IMG/VR virus record: IMGVR_UViG_3300020045_008999
Location: 64,001 to 128,000 of that record
Reading direction: 5' to 3' (one strand)
Length of the DNA: 64,000 nucleotides
From: a virus
Taxonomy: Duplodnaviria; Heunggongvirae; Uroviricota; Caudoviricetes
Under the pieces are notes generated by a model. That model made no database searches, had not been told where the DNA came from, and worked only from the letters and a program-made list of their open reading frames with translations. Position numbers and translations under genes: made by a program. Positions 29,382 to 39,717 of this stretch are shown here, piece by piece (the first letter of the stretch is position 1; every line of letters begins with the position of its first letter).

Positions 29382-29469
29382 ATACTTTTTGGTGAGTTTA
29401 ATGAGCATTAGATATACCAGAATTAATTTTATAATTTTTACAATACAACCGACCTAACACTCTAACATA

Positions 29470-29871
29470 ATGAATAATCGAGTAAATCACACGGGTGTTG
29501 TATATAGAACACTCAGTATTGATTTGATTTTATCAAATTACAATAATCCAGTAATTAAATGGTTTCTATCTAATACTAGTGGGTTGGATAGTTTATATGC
29601 GGATCAAATGAAAGTAACAATTATGTTTGAAAGTAATAATCAATATCGAATCAAATATATACTCAAAGATAGTGCAATGTATTGTGATTTAGTTGTATGG
29701 ACAACATTTCCTTATGTGGAAACTAGTAATTATTTTGAGATTGAAGATATGATAAAGTTATTAATGATGCATTTTTTCAACATGGACTTGGATGAAGTAT
29801 CATACTATGGTTATTATATGGGATTGGTGTATAACGATCTTCTAATGGACACACTAAAAACTGGCATATGA
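29470..29871 (+). CDS. N-terminal RxxxIDLxL family protein
   Basis: YRTLSIDLILS..PVIKWF. Confidence 0.65.
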   Translation: MNNRVNHTGVVYRTLSIDLILSNYNNPVIKWFLSNTSGLDSLYADQMKVTIMFESNNQYRIKYILKDSAMYCDLVVWTTFPYVETSNYFEIEDMIKLLMMHFFNMDLDEVSYYGYYMGLVYNDLLMDTLKTGI

Positions 29872-30296
29872 TAATGATAACGGATGATTATAAATCACAA
29901 ATTAGAACATTGGCAATTGACATAATATTAGGCAATCCTAATATATTATACGATTGGTTTGTGGATATAATTGATAATTCAAAATACATTGTTATTAGTC
30001 ACCCACCCAGCAATTTCGGAAAAATATATTATATAACTAATGAGATCGGTGAAAATATCTGGTTATTTTATCATAATACTGACACTGATATATTTCTATG
30101 CAATAAATATTTATATTGGTTATGTTTACCAGTTGAGAGAAAAATAACATATTCAGTAATTCAATTACTGACAACCTTACTTATAAGACATACGTTGAAT
30201 ATTGAAAATGAAGCCCCAACATATGGTACCGATAGTGATGATTACATAATTCAGAGAAATTTAGATGATTATTTAGATTTAGATATCGAAACATAA
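29868..30296 (+). CDS. N-terminal RxxxIDLxL family protein
   Basis: IRTLAIDIILG..WF..WLFYH..YW. Confidence 0.7.
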   Translation: MIMITDDYKSQIRTLAIDIILGNPNILYDWFVDIIDNSKYIVISHPPSNFGKIYYITNEIGENIWLFYHNTDTDIFLCNKYLYWLCLPVERKITYSVIQLLTTLLIRHTLNIENEAPTYGTDSDDYIIQRNLDDYLDLDIET

Positions 30297-30413
30297 GTGG
30301 TATAAATTGCTCACATGGTAAAACAATTGAATTTTGATAATATTTTATTCCAGACAGTCCTTACTATTATAATTATTCATATATTTGTTTTTTATTAATT
30401 TAACTCATAGTAC

Positions 30414-30656
30414 ATGTATAATACCTTGATCACCAACCGTATTACCAAAGCATTCAATAAAATCATTATAATTGTAACATTAGTGGTTATTATACAATCA
30501 TGTAAAGATGAACCCTATTCAGAAGGAATTCATTGGGACTACTCAATATCGTGCCAGGATGGATTCTTGTACAAATCATTGGACAATCATAGAGGCACGA
30601 TACCCGTACTCAATTCTGACGGAACCAGGCTTCGTTGTGGAAAAAAACGATATTAA
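30414..30656 (+). CDS. small putative lipoprotein
   Basis: Hydrophobic stretch ending IIQSC (lipobox-like); promoter box 30380-30387. Confidence 0.55.
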   Translation: MYNTLITNRITKAFNKIIIIVTLVVIIQSCKDEPYSEGIHWDYSISCQDGFLYKSLDNHRGTIPVLNSDGTRLRCGKKRY

Positions 30657-30675
30657 TATCATTAAACCTATAAAA

Positions 30676-30936
30676 ATGCCGCAAGAAGAAACCGCGATGA
30701 CTATACACATCAAGCATTTACAAAAAATGAAGAAGATGGTCATCGATAGCAATATAGATTTAGAGTTGACTGAGATCATTACCGAAACAATTGATGGTTG
30801 TATTGAAAATGCACAAAGTCATTTAGTAAGGGAAAAAAGTCAACTTAGAAAAACATTCAATCAAGTCGGTAAGTGGGCCTCGGAAATTACCAGTGAAGAT
30901 TATTTCAATCAAGAATATACACAAATTTCTAAATAA
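30676..30936 (+). CDS. hypothetical protein
   Basis: Start moved to ATG 30676 to avoid overlap. Confidence 0.55.
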   Translation: MPQEETAMTIHIKHLQKMKKMVIDSNIDLELTEIITETIDGCIENAQSHLVREKSQLRKTFNQVGKWASEITSEDYFNQEYTQISK

Positions 30937-30943
30937 TTATACG

Positions 30944-31270
30944 ATGACTTTTGAAAATGCAAAAAAATTAGCACAATATCATTCATATACTAAAATTGAA
31001 TTATATGAAATTCTCAAGGACGCTCTGGATAAATTGCCCGAGTCTCATTGGCCAATGGCAAGTTCGATCAATCCCTTGTTCGATAATGGATGTTACTTCA
31101 ACAAATGCCGAAAATGGATTGGTTATGATCCGGGGGTGAATGATAATACGTTTGTTGCGGAAATTGTAGTAATACGTATTTTAGAAGTATTTGGTGAATT
31201 TTCTGAAGTGCAGCTTCCGGTTAACAATACCAAGGTTGATATAATCGTGTCCGAAGTACCTACATTATAG
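30944..31270 (+). CDS. hypothetical protein
   Basis: ATG 30944; followed by terminator. Confidence 0.65.
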   Translation: MTFENAKKLAQYHSYTKIELYEILKDALDKLPESHWPMASSINPLFDNGCYFNKCRKWIGYDPGVNDNTFVAEIVVIRILEVFGEFSEVQLPVNNTKVDIIVSEVPTL

Positions 31271-31277
31271 ATTGGTC

Positions 31278-31312
31278 AAAATCCCAACCACTCGGGTAGT
31301 TGGGATTTTTTT
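31278..31312 (+). terminator. intrinsic terminator
   Basis: AAAATCCCAAC ... GTTGGGATTTTTTT hairpin with T tract. Confidence 0.8.
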
Positions 31313-31486
31313 AATATATATTATGGGTGTTCTTCGAATACATCATAGGTGTCGTTTGATTAGTGAAATTTTATCATAAAAAATATAAATCAAATTGAAC
31401 AATAAATTATCAAGTGGTAGAATTATAATGATGATTATTTTTTTTATATCATTATAATTCTATACATTTGTTTAAAAATTTTTAAT

Positions 31487-31750
31487 ATGTTGTATGTAAA
31501 TTCAATCGAAGAACTTCATTTAATAATACCAATTGAAGATTTTGAAGATTTGATAATCAATTCATTATATCTTAAATATGTACTTGATGAATTTCATGTG
31601 CGTGAAGTTTCAATACTATTATTGCAAATTGAGCGAATATACTCTTTTCGATTATCTGGAATTGTAAGGGGATATTTAGTACGTCATTCTTCAACGGTAT
31701 TATTGGCACACCACCGCACCCAAACCATAAACAATATATTAAATTCTTAA
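31487..31750 (+). CDS. small tandem-family protein with C-terminal RxxxIxxIL tag
   Basis: Ends HHRTQTINNILNS; first of five tandem paralogs after TACATTTG box 31463-31470. Confidence 0.7.
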   Translation: MLYVNSIEELHLIIPIEDFEDLIINSLYLKYVLDEFHVREVSILLLQIERIYSFRLSGIVRGYLVRHSSTVLLAHHRTQTINNILNS

Positions 31751-32028
31751 TGTTCAGAACACTCACCACCGTTTTTAACCTAAAGCACTTAAAGAGAATG
31801 CTTACTGAGGAATTTTTAAATAAATTGATACTAGATTCTTTATATATTGATTATGCTATGGTTGGGACTCTTAGTACTAAAGAGTTTTTAACTTTTATAG
31901 CGATTCTAGAAACTTCTTATGACATTAGGACTAATTATCACACTAGATGTGAGATTTGGGATCATGTTATCATTTTACACCGAATACATATGCGAACCGA
32001 GTCAATATATGGCATCATAAAACAATGA
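31750..32028 (+). CDS. small tandem-family protein with C-terminal tag
   Basis: Ends HMRTESIYGIIKQ. Confidence 0.7.
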   Translation: MFRTLTTVFNLKHLKRMLTEEFLNKLILDSLYIDYAMVGTLSTKEFLTFIAILETSYDIRTNYHTRCEIWDHVIILHRIHMRTESIYGIIKQ

Positions 32029-32321
32029 TAAATATGATCATATCAGTGATAAAGAATGATGCTGATTTATATGCAGCAATATCAACGGAATTTTTCGAAA
32101 TACAAGTTATTGATCGATTATACAAATCATATGTCATTTTTGGTGGGTTGTTGACCGCTTGGGATATGTTTAATTTTCAGAGATATCTGGAAGCACTATG
32201 TGGTGTTCTAATCGATGCCGGTTATATGCGTAGAATATCTGGTATAATCGGGAGTATTCTCAAAACACATTCAAGAACGCTTGTAATAAACAGTTTAATA
32301 GATGACACGAATTGTGAATAA
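32025..32321 (+). CDS. small tandem-family protein with C-terminal tag
   Basis: ATG 32025; ends HSRTLVINSLI.. Confidence 0.7.
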   Translation: MINMIISVIKNDADLYAAISTEFFEIQVIDRLYKSYVIFGGLLTAWDMFNFQRYLEALCGVLIDAGYMRRISGIIGSILKTHSRTLVINSLIDDTNCE

Positions 32322-32565
32322 CCATAATGACTTATTTAAGTATATATCACCGGAGGAATACCAGAAAGAAATGATTAATGCAATATATCCGGTGTATGGG
32401 AAATACCATATTGGATTTTACGAAGTGTATATGGCCATCGCTTATATAGAAGAATCTTATAATATATTAATCAGTGATGACTTTGTCTATAATGAACTTC
32501 CAAACATATTAAGTATGTTGAAAATGCACCATCGCTTGACAATAATCAATTCACTGACACTATGA
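32302..32565 (+). CDS. small tandem-family protein with C-terminal tag
   Basis: Ends HHRLTIINSLTL. Confidence 0.7.
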   Translation: MTRIVNNHNDLFKYISPEEYQKEMINAIYPVYGKYHIGFYEVYMAIAYIEESYNILISDDFVYNELPNILSMLKMHHRLTIINSLTL

Positions 32566-32837
32566 TCACTACTACCGCAGAATTTTATCGAAAAATTCCC
32601 CAAAATATTTTCACACAGGCAGTCATATACTATTTTTCAAATACGACAATATTTGAAAAGTCGCGGTCACCTGACACCATTGACAACACCATGTTTTTGT
32701 ATGGTTTGGAGGACGATTACGGAATTGATATTGATGAAATGGTAATTGAGCAATTAATTGCTGATATGAAAAATATTATAATAATTCATATCAGAACCAC
32801 TATAATTAATGACATATTGGGTGTGGATAAATACTAA
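32562..32837 (+). CDS. small tandem-family protein with C-terminal tag
   Basis: Ends HIRTTIINDILG.. Confidence 0.7.
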   Translation: MITTTAEFYRKIPQNIFTQAVIYYFSNTTIFEKSRSPDTIDNTMFLYGLEDDYGIDIDEMVIEQLIADMKNIIIIHIRTTIINDILGVDKY

Positions 32838-32877
32838 AATAATAAATACTTTCATTACATTTGTAAAAAATATAACT

Positions 32878-33159
32878 ATGAGAAATTTAAACATAACTAC
32901 ACTACCAACTGTCAAAGAAGGCTGGGTAGATCGTGATATGATAATGTTACATGCATGTTTTCAATTGTTAACTGATTTCGTTGAAAAGGAAGATGGGTTA
33001 GTGCATAGTAATTATGTGGAACATAAGGAAACAATCGATGAGCTAACTGAATTATATACTTGGTGGAAAAGTAGTTACACATCCGTTACAATTGATGATG
33101 TGGTTGCAGATGAAAATTTGGCCCGTTTAGTAAAACATCGCAGTTTTTTATGGACTTAA
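32878..33159 (+). CDS. hypothetical protein
   Basis: ATG 32878 after a TACATTTG box. Confidence 0.7.
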   Translation: MRNLNITTLPTVKEGWVDRDMIMLHACFQLLTDFVEKEDGLVHSNYVEHKETIDELTELYTWWKSSYTSVTIDDVVADENLARLVKHRSFLWT

Positions 33160-33181
33160 TCGTATCAAATACCACCAACCA

Positions 33182-34192
33182 ATGCAATATATGGAAAGTA
33201 TAGTCCAACTATTACCGAAGCTATCAAATACCTCGATTACCATCGCCGATCGTTTAGCGAATATCTACCGTATGGATATCATCATAAGTAACCGAAGTAG
33301 TGCACAATCATGGAATTTACAAAGACACTACCGGATCATTGAGTCTGTTCGAGTGTTAATTATGTCATTAGAATATCCATATGACTTAGGTGCCAATCTT
33401 GCAACTACACTAACTTATAATTTTAGGAATTCCACATTTACACAATCCGAAGCGGATGCTTTAATCATTGATCAATACCTAGATGAAAGGATTGAACTCG
33501 AGTATATAATTGATATAATCAATTATTATAACAAGGTGTGTGTTAATAATATATGTGAAAAGATAGATATCGATTATTTGTTAAAATGTAACACGCACTA
33601 TATTTTATATAATAATATGGATGCAATCGTTGCTGTACACAAACTTATTGATGGAATGTCAAATGGTAAATATGTTAGAAATAGTGCTGTTGGTAAAATT
33701 ATTAATAATCATTTAATAATCGATGGGGTACCATCTAAATTTAAAATTTCGCAGCGGGATAAATACGCAAGTGAATTGACAAAGTTGACCAACACTTGCT
33801 TAATTGATGAAATACCATTAGTAATGGATAACATTCGGATTGAAAAATGTCGAATACATTACATGGCATTACACAAAGATACATCACCCGAGGAAAAAGC
33901 AGAACTACAAGATCCGTATCTAAAATTCATCGACGATTCAGACTTATTAATGGAGATTATTTATTATATGGATAACAGTTATGAATTATGCGAAAATTTA
34001 TACTCGTGTATAGTGGATATGGTCCGATTTAATAATTATTTAGTAACCAATCGATTATACGCTCAAAATGATATACAGCCCTATGTTGATATGGCTTATA
34101 TAGCGAAAAATTGGATTGGTTCTAATACGGACATAATCAATCATTTGAAAGCGCACTTCCGTATAGATGTTATTAATGGGATATTAAAATAG
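33182..34192 (+). CDS. hypothetical protein, paralog of 35261..36298
   Basis: 336 aa; shared LPxLxxxxITIxDRLxNI and IIExxRVxxMxxEYP; ends FRIDVINGILK. Confidence 0.8.
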   Translation: MQYMESIVQLLPKLSNTSITIADRLANIYRMDIIISNRSSAQSWNLQRHYRIIESVRVLIMSLEYPYDLGANLATTLTYNFRNSTFTQSEADALIIDQYLDERIELEYIIDIINYYNKVCVNNICEKIDIDYLLKCNTHYILYNNMDAIVAVHKLIDGMSNGKYVRNSAVGKIINNHLIIDGVPSKFKISQRDKYASELTKLTNTCLIDEIPLVMDNIRIEKCRIHYMALHKDTSPEEKAELQDPYLKFIDDSDLLMEIIYYMDNSYELCENLYSCIVDMVRFNNYLVTNRLYAQNDIQPYVDMAYIAKNWIGSNTDIINHLKAHFRIDVINGILK

Positions 34193-34297
34193 ACAAATAT
34201 TTCACATAGGAATCAAACCGATAAATAACTCCACTAATTTGAATTCAATAATTGAATTGTGCTCAATTTGTAAATGGGTATTATAATATATAGCTAT

Positions 34298-34903
34298 ATG
34301 AATAACATCATTAGTAAAGAAGAAAAGGATCACATCGACAAAGTGTGTAAGTATTACTGCATCAGTAATTATTCGTTTAATCCGGATGGGTCAATTAATG
34401 TTGATGGTGACGTGAGTATAAGAAATTCAGAACTGAAAATTCTTCCTATTAAATTTGGTAGAGTAAGTGGTGGGTTTAGTTGTAGTAATAATACTCTGAG
34501 GTCACTTGTGGGGGCACCACATACGGTAGGCGGTAACTTCACTTGTTCGTTCAATTATTTGACTTCATTAATAGGGGGTCCTAGTGTGGTGGGTGGTATT
34601 TACACGTGTGGGTATAACCAACTGATTTCACTTAATGGATTAGCAGAGTCAATTGGTGGTATTTTCACTTGCAATGGTACTCGTGCATTAATATCAACTT
34701 ATTCAGGTGACGTGGATGTTGAAATTGCAGGTTATTGTGAAATTGTACAATCGGGAATACCAGAAATAATAGATGAGCATAGACAGTACCTTAATATAAT
34801 TTTAAAATACCAGCGTCATTTCTTGATATGGAATGATGATTTATCACTCAATGAAATCAATTTTCAAGAACTTCTGGATGAGATAAAAGATGGTCTCTTA
34901 TAA
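34298..34903 (+). CDS. LRR-like repeat family protein
   Basis: Family start MNNIISKEEK at 34298; repeats; LKYQRHFLIWN..EIKDGLL. Confidence 0.9.
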   Translation: MNNIISKEEKDHIDKVCKYYCISNYSFNPDGSINVDGDVSIRNSELKILPIKFGRVSGGFSCSNNTLRSLVGAPHTVGGNFTCSFNYLTSLIGGPSVVGGIYTCGYNQLISLNGLAESIGGIFTCNGTRALISTYSGDVDVEIAGYCEIVQSGIPEIIDEHRQYLNIILKYQRHFLIWNDDLSLNEINFQELLDEIKDGLL

Positions 34904-35034
34904 CGGTTGACGGCTATACGATGGTTGGGATAAAATAGCCGTAATTTTTCCGATTAACACAAATTATCCCCGACACAAACAAAACTTTAAATTAAACAAT
35001 TAACCCGACTATTGCATAACCGCTGTTAGCAGTA
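34898..35034. repeat. attC-like hairpin site 3
   Basis: TTATAAC-6nt-(34911-34929) ... (35004-35022)-2nt-GTTAGCA; inner arms 14/19 complementary, all differences transitions. Confidence 0.65.
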
Positions 35035-35052
35035 GTTATAATACGAAACTTT

Positions 35053-35196
35053 ATGGAAAAAGCATTAGAATGGTGGAATAAATTACCAAAATGGAAACAA
35101 GAAAAATACGCAAATGACGAACAATGGACAGATGCTAAAAGTATTACAAATCATCAAATTAAAATGATTTATGATGTGAAAGCAGATAGTTACTAA
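35053..35196 (+). CDS. small protein (47 aa) in cassette-like unit
   Basis: ORF below track cutoff (MEKALEWWNKLP..), flanked by perfect GTTAGCAGTA 35025-35034 / TACTGCTAAC 35201-35210. Confidence 0.65.
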   Translation: MEKALEWWNKLPKWKQEKYANDEQWTDAKSITNHQIKMIYDVKADSY

Positions 35197-35260
35197 TAAT
35201 TACTGCTAACATACTACTTAATCGAATCCCAATAATCATAACACGTACGTCAAATTCCAT

Positions 35261-36298
35261 ATGAAAGATATTATCATAAGTTTACCGAATTTAACACATA
35301 ACAACATTACTATACAAGATAGATTGTCAAATATCAGACATATAGATAGTGCTATGATTAATTTAAGCACAACTAGAGGGGATTTGCAATTCCAAAATAT
35401 AATTATAGAATGCCTTCGAGTAATAGTTATGGCGATCGAATATCCCGGTGATATTACCGAAGATGAGCGTTCATACATCCGAAAATTATTAAACAATCCT
35501 AAATCTTTGAACAGATCATATGCAGATTTAATACTAGATAAATATGTATATGACGTACTACCGGTTGAATATATAGCAGATATAATTAATTATTATAATA
35601 GAATTATCCCAATTGGTAAGTTAGAAGAAAATCCTTCAATAAATAATTGGCCTAGGATATATCGACTTATTACCACCGATACATTGTTAATTAATTGTGA
35701 GAAATATCTTCGTAAGTACAACAAAGAATTTGTTGTGAAGATGCATATGTTAATTGATGAAATAAGTAATGGTACGTATCATAGAAATAATACAGACATT
35801 CCATATAATAATATGCGTTTAATAACAAATGGTTATTGTTCCAGAATGACTATAAAAAACCGCTACAAGTACACTAAGCAGCTTGGACATTATCTCATGA
35901 GATGCCCAATTGCCGAAATTGATTTGTTGGTAGATCACATTGTTGTTGAGAAAATTAGGATGATGTGTATGTTGTTAGCTAGTCAGTCAATACCATTATA
36001 TATTAGAGATATCCATTATTCATACTTAAATGTTGGCAGTTTATCAAATTTCATGATGGATATTTTTGACTATTTTGACGAGCAGTATGAACTGCCAAGT
36101 GATTTATATATTGAAATATTAGACATCATGAAATATTATAATTACTTGACAGATAATAAATTAATTAAACAAAGTAGCAATCATCCACATATTGATATTA
36201 AATACTTGTCTAAGTTTTGGGATGGTGATAGCACGAAGCTAGTTGATTATATAAAGATACAATACCGCGTGGATACTATAAATGATTTAATTTCATAA
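35261..36298 (+). CDS. hypothetical protein, paralog of 33182..34192
   Basis: 345 aa; ends YRVDTINDLIS. Confidence 0.8.
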   Translation: MKDIIISLPNLTHNNITIQDRLSNIRHIDSAMINLSTTRGDLQFQNIIIECLRVIVMAIEYPGDITEDERSYIRKLLNNPKSLNRSYADLILDKYVYDVLPVEYIADIINYYNRIIPIGKLEENPSINNWPRIYRLITTDTLLINCEKYLRKYNKEFVVKMHMLIDEISNGTYHRNNTDIPYNNMRLITNGYCSRMTIKNRYKYTKQLGHYLMRCPIAEIDLLVDHIVVEKIRMMCMLLASQSIPLYIRDIHYSYLNVGSLSNFMMDIFDYFDEQYELPSDLYIEILDIMKYYNYLTDNKLIKQSSNHPHIDIKYLSKFWDGDSTKLVDYIKIQYRVDTINDLIS

Positions 36299-36335
36299 AA
36301 AAATCACCAGGTATTTTATAACACTTGGCGATTTT
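36299..36335. terminator. bidirectional terminator
   Basis: AAAATCACCAGGT ... ACTTGGCGATTTT imperfect hairpin between convergent genes. Confidence 0.6.
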
Positions 36336-36389
36336 AATCAAATCAAATCAAATCAAATCAAATCAAATCAAATCAAATCAAATCAAATC
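36336..36389. repeat. pentanucleotide microsatellite (AATCA)x10+
   Basis: Ten perfect AATCA units plus AATC. Confidence 0.95.
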
Positions 36390-37287
36390 CACATATTCTA
36401 TCAGATATATCTGGGCCACAGAATATTTGTTTTTCCAAAGGTGGGGAATAACCAAGATCTTCTGAAATAGCTGTAGATATTTTATATACTTCCGATGCAC
36501 TTAGTTGTTTTATTTGGAAATTTATATACTGACCATTCCCACTATCCGTCACGTGATACGCGAATACTTCCTCATAATTACTTGAATCCAATGTTCTAGA
36601 GCAAATTTCTGCTTGCCGACTTGAACTTATAATGGCGAACATCAATCGATGTTTCATTTTATCAGTTGGTAAGTTACTAAAACAATCGGTACCTGGTATT
36701 TTTGATAAACCGTAATCCACATATTGGTCGTTTAATAAATCCAAATAATCCGGACTCTGCTCATGCATAATTACTAGGTTGAAAGTGGTTTCTGGCTCAC
36801 TAAAAATAAAATTGATTAGTGATGTATTTTTTTTAGTATTCGATATGATCGAATCAATGACATTATCGTAACAGACTGTCATTTGAGTAATTGATTCGGC
36901 CATGGCATCATAAATATGACGATCTTTATCTATCTTGTTAAAAAGTACACTTTTTGGAATTATGGAATACAAGCCCTCTTTAGTTCGCTTAATTATAATA
37001 TGATCGCGTACCAACGTTTCATATTCCGAATTAGATTTGTAATATTCAAACGGAATATCACCCATTTTTTTACAACCAAATGCTTTACTTTCTTTTAGAG
37101 ATTTGGTATAACTGTCATTGCATGGGCCAACTATATCATATCGATTGAATTCAATCACGTGGTCAAGTAATTCTGATTTAGTCAAGTTTGCATATAAACT
37201 AGGATTCTCTTCTAACTTTTGGATATCAATTGTAGAGCTACGCAGCGGTGCGATGAAATAACATGATTTAATTTTTTTAGCAGTCAT
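36373..37287 (-). CDS. hypothetical protein
   Basis: 304-aa ORF whose last codons and stop lie in the microsatellite. Confidence 0.8.
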   Translation of the reverse strand: MTAKKIKSCYFIAPLRSSTIDIQKLEENPSLYANLTKSELLDHVIEFNRYDIVGPCNDSYTKSLKESKAFGCKKMGDIPFEYYKSNSEYETLVRDHIIIKRTKEGLYSIIPKSVLFNKIDKDRHIYDAMAESITQMTVCYDNVIDSIISNTKKNTSLINFIFSEPETTFNLVIMHEQSPDYLDLLNDQYVDYGLSKIPGTDCFSNLPTDKMKHRLMFAIISSSRQAEICSRTLDSSNYEEVFAYHVTDSGNGQYINFQIKQLSASEVYKISTAISEDLGYSPPLEKQIFCGPDISDRICGFDLI

Positions 37288-37395
37288 ATTTAATACATTT
37301 GAATTATACCGTTATACATCTAAAGCGTCGAAAAGTTTATTTTAGATTTTGATATGTGGTGAAAAAAAGTTATATTTGTATAAAAATATTTTAAT

Positions 37396-37704
37396 ATGCG
37401 ACAAATTACAGTAACGGAACAAAACGAGTGGGAAGGTGAAACTTTTAGTTATATCGTTACCGTGGATGATCAAACAATTGAAGATATCAAAACCGGTTTA
37501 GTAAAATACAAAAATGTAAAAATTGTAGAAAATACTACGTTCACATACGAAAATATTGTGGGGTTAAATGATTCTTCTTCAAATTCATATATGGATAGAT
37601 ACCAGTTCAATGTTTTAGTGTTGCCTGAAGGCGACTTTGATTGGTATTATGATGTTTTTTACAAAGCGACCGGATTGGGCAGAGATACCTCTAGCAAAAT
37701 ATAA
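37396..37704 (+). CDS. hypothetical protein
   Basis: After TATATTTG box 37371-37378. Confidence 0.7.
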   Translation: MRQITVTEQNEWEGETFSYIVTVDDQTIEDIKTGLVKYKNVKIVENTTFTYENIVGLNDSSSNSYMDRYQFNVLVLPEGDFDWYYDVFYKATGLGRDTSSKI

Positions 37705-37743
37705 ACATAATTAGCGTAAAAACTAGTTTTAAAAACACGAAAT

Positions 37744-38028
37744 ATGTCTCCTAAAGAAGAAGCGAAAGAAATATACCAAGTAATATATGGAATGGGTCCA
37801 AAACGCGAAAGTGTGGAAATGATTGAACAAGATAAAATTTTATCAAAAAAATGTGCTTTATATGCCATTGATTTGAAAATAAAATATCATGAATCATTAT
37901 TTGATAAAGGTTTCAAAGATGTTCACATTGCTATGTCTTCGCCAATAAAAACGTATAATCAAATTCTAAATCCTCTATTGAAACACTTACTTGAAGTGAA
38001 AAAAGAGATAGAACAATTGAATGTATAG
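37744..38028 (+). CDS. hypothetical protein
   Basis: 94-aa ORF. Confidence 0.7.
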   Translation: MSPKEEAKEIYQVIYGMGPKRESVEMIEQDKILSKKCALYAIDLKIKYHESLFDKGFKDVHIAMSSPIKTYNQILNPLLKHLLEVKKEIEQLNV

Positions 38029-38099
38029 GCACCTAGGCATTAATAAATAAACCCACCGGTTACTATTATAATGAGTACTGGTTTTTAAAATTTGAACTT

Positions 38100-38588
38100 A
38101 TGGATTTATCAAAATTAATAATTGACATCGATTACCAGAAAGAATACGATTATGAAAAAAGAGTTGATTTATTTAATAAGTACGGTGTTAGTGTGTCCGA
38201 AAAATTCTTTGTACCTATGTGGGCATTGGCAAATTATATAACTTCGCTATGCGGGATAATGACTAAAACCCACTATCCACAATATGGACATGGTCAAAAT
38301 GTTTTGTATGAAATAAACACGGTGGAATTAGAAAATGGATCAGTTCCTAGGATAAAAACTCATGGTGTTAATAAATCTATAATTGACATACATTTCTATA
38401 TACCAAATCTTCCAGAATGTAAATTTTATGGTAGACGACGAAAGGTTTTAAGGTTTAATCTTAAAAATAAAACAATTAATGTGAACAACTATTGCAATAG
38501 TAATTCTAGTAGTTGTTGTATACCTAGGAATTTATACGAGAAGATAGATGAATGGTTGGTGGATTTCGGATATGAAAAATGGTCATAG
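38100..38588 (+). CDS. hypothetical protein
   Basis: 162-aa ORF. Confidence 0.65.
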   Translation: MDLSKLIIDIDYQKEYDYEKRVDLFNKYGVSVSEKFFVPMWALANYITSLCGIMTKTHYPQYGHGQNVLYEINTVELENGSVPRIKTHGVNKSIIDIHFYIPNLPECKFYGRRRKVLRFNLKNKTINVNNYCNSNSSSCCIPRNLYEKIDEWLVDFGYEKWS

Positions 38589-38677
38589 CCCGGTTGTGTT
38601 AATTCGGCGTAACGATATTTTATAAATTTAATATATACCAGGTATTGAACGTTACAAAAAATAAAATAAAATAACAC

Positions 38678-38893
38678 ATGAAAACATTTACCGAAGCAAT
38701 TTCCACAAAGTGCCAAACCCCGAATGCTGAATTTAAAATTGAAATATCAGATAGTAAAGTATTGGTTGAGGTTGGATTGCCTATAAAGATGGATCTAACC
38801 GAAGCTCAGGCTAAATTATTGGAATTGAACATACACAATGCGATGGAACTGGTCCTTGCACCGTTCTTTAATAATTATGATGGCGCGGTTTAA
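38678..38893 (+). CDS. hypothetical protein
   Basis: 71-aa ORF. Confidence 0.6.
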   Translation: MKTFTEAISTKCQTPNAEFKIEISDSKVLVEVGLPIKMDLTEAQAKLLELNIHNAMELVLAPFFNNYDGAV

Positions 38894-38916
38894 TAAAATG
38901 GTATTTAGGTTTTTTA

Positions 38917-39717
38917 TTACATCAACCCGTCTTCAATTTCTTCGATTAGCATCAATAGATTACCCATATTAAGTTCTTGGTCACCATCCCATATTTCAAA
39001 TGGACGCTGGTATTTTAAAATTAATCGAATATGTTTGTTATAAGTAGTTCTGATTGGGTATGGTATGTTCGTCGAACCCCACATTACACCACCATCACCT
39101 AAATCAATATCAGTGTTTCCGGAATACGTACTACTAAGTTTGTTATTGCCAAAGCAATTTAAACCACCACCAATTTTTTCGGCGATGCCCATTAGATTAG
39201 TTATTTTGTTATATGAACAACTATAATCCCCACCGACATTAACCGGTGACCCATCTAAACTTATTAATAGATTAGCTCTGGCATTGAAATCACCACCGAT
39301 TGTATGAGGGCTTCCATCTAGGGTAGTTAGCATATTATCAGCACATATAAAGTCCTCGCCAATTTGTAATGGTGATCCGTATAAGTCAACTAATAGATTA
39401 CCTCTACAATTAAAATCACCCATCACCTCATCGGGTGCCCCGATTAATGATGTTAATCGATTGTTGAATACGAATAAATCCCCACCTACAATTTTAGGAC
39501 ATCCCTCTAAATTAGATAAGTAGTTATCATTACAACCAAAATCACCTGAAACATTATTGAACTTTATTGGTAGTTCAGTTAATTTCATAATAGACAAATC
39601 AACATCACCATCCACATCAATGGAACCATTTGAATTTATTGAATATTTTTTTATGCGATATTTTTCACACACTGAATCGATACGATCCTTTTCTTCTTTA
39701 GATATTAAGTTATTCAT
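38917..39717 (-). CDS. LRR-like repeat family protein
   Basis: N-cap, repeats, LKYQRPFEIWD..EIEDGLM. Confidence 0.9.
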   Translation of the reverse strand: MNNLISKEEKDRIDSVCEKYRIKKYSINSNGSIDVDGDVDLSIMKLTELPIKFNNVSGDFGCNDNYLSNLEGCPKIVGGDLFVFNNRLTSLIGAPDEVMGDFNCRGNLLVDLYGSPLQIGEDFICADNMLTTLDGSPHTIGGDFNARANLLISLDGSPVNVGGDYSCSYNKITNLMGIAEKIGGGLNCFGNNKLSSTYSGNTDIDLGDGGVMWGSTNIPYPIRTTYNKHIRLILKYQRPFEIWDGDQELNMGNLLMLIEEIEDGLM

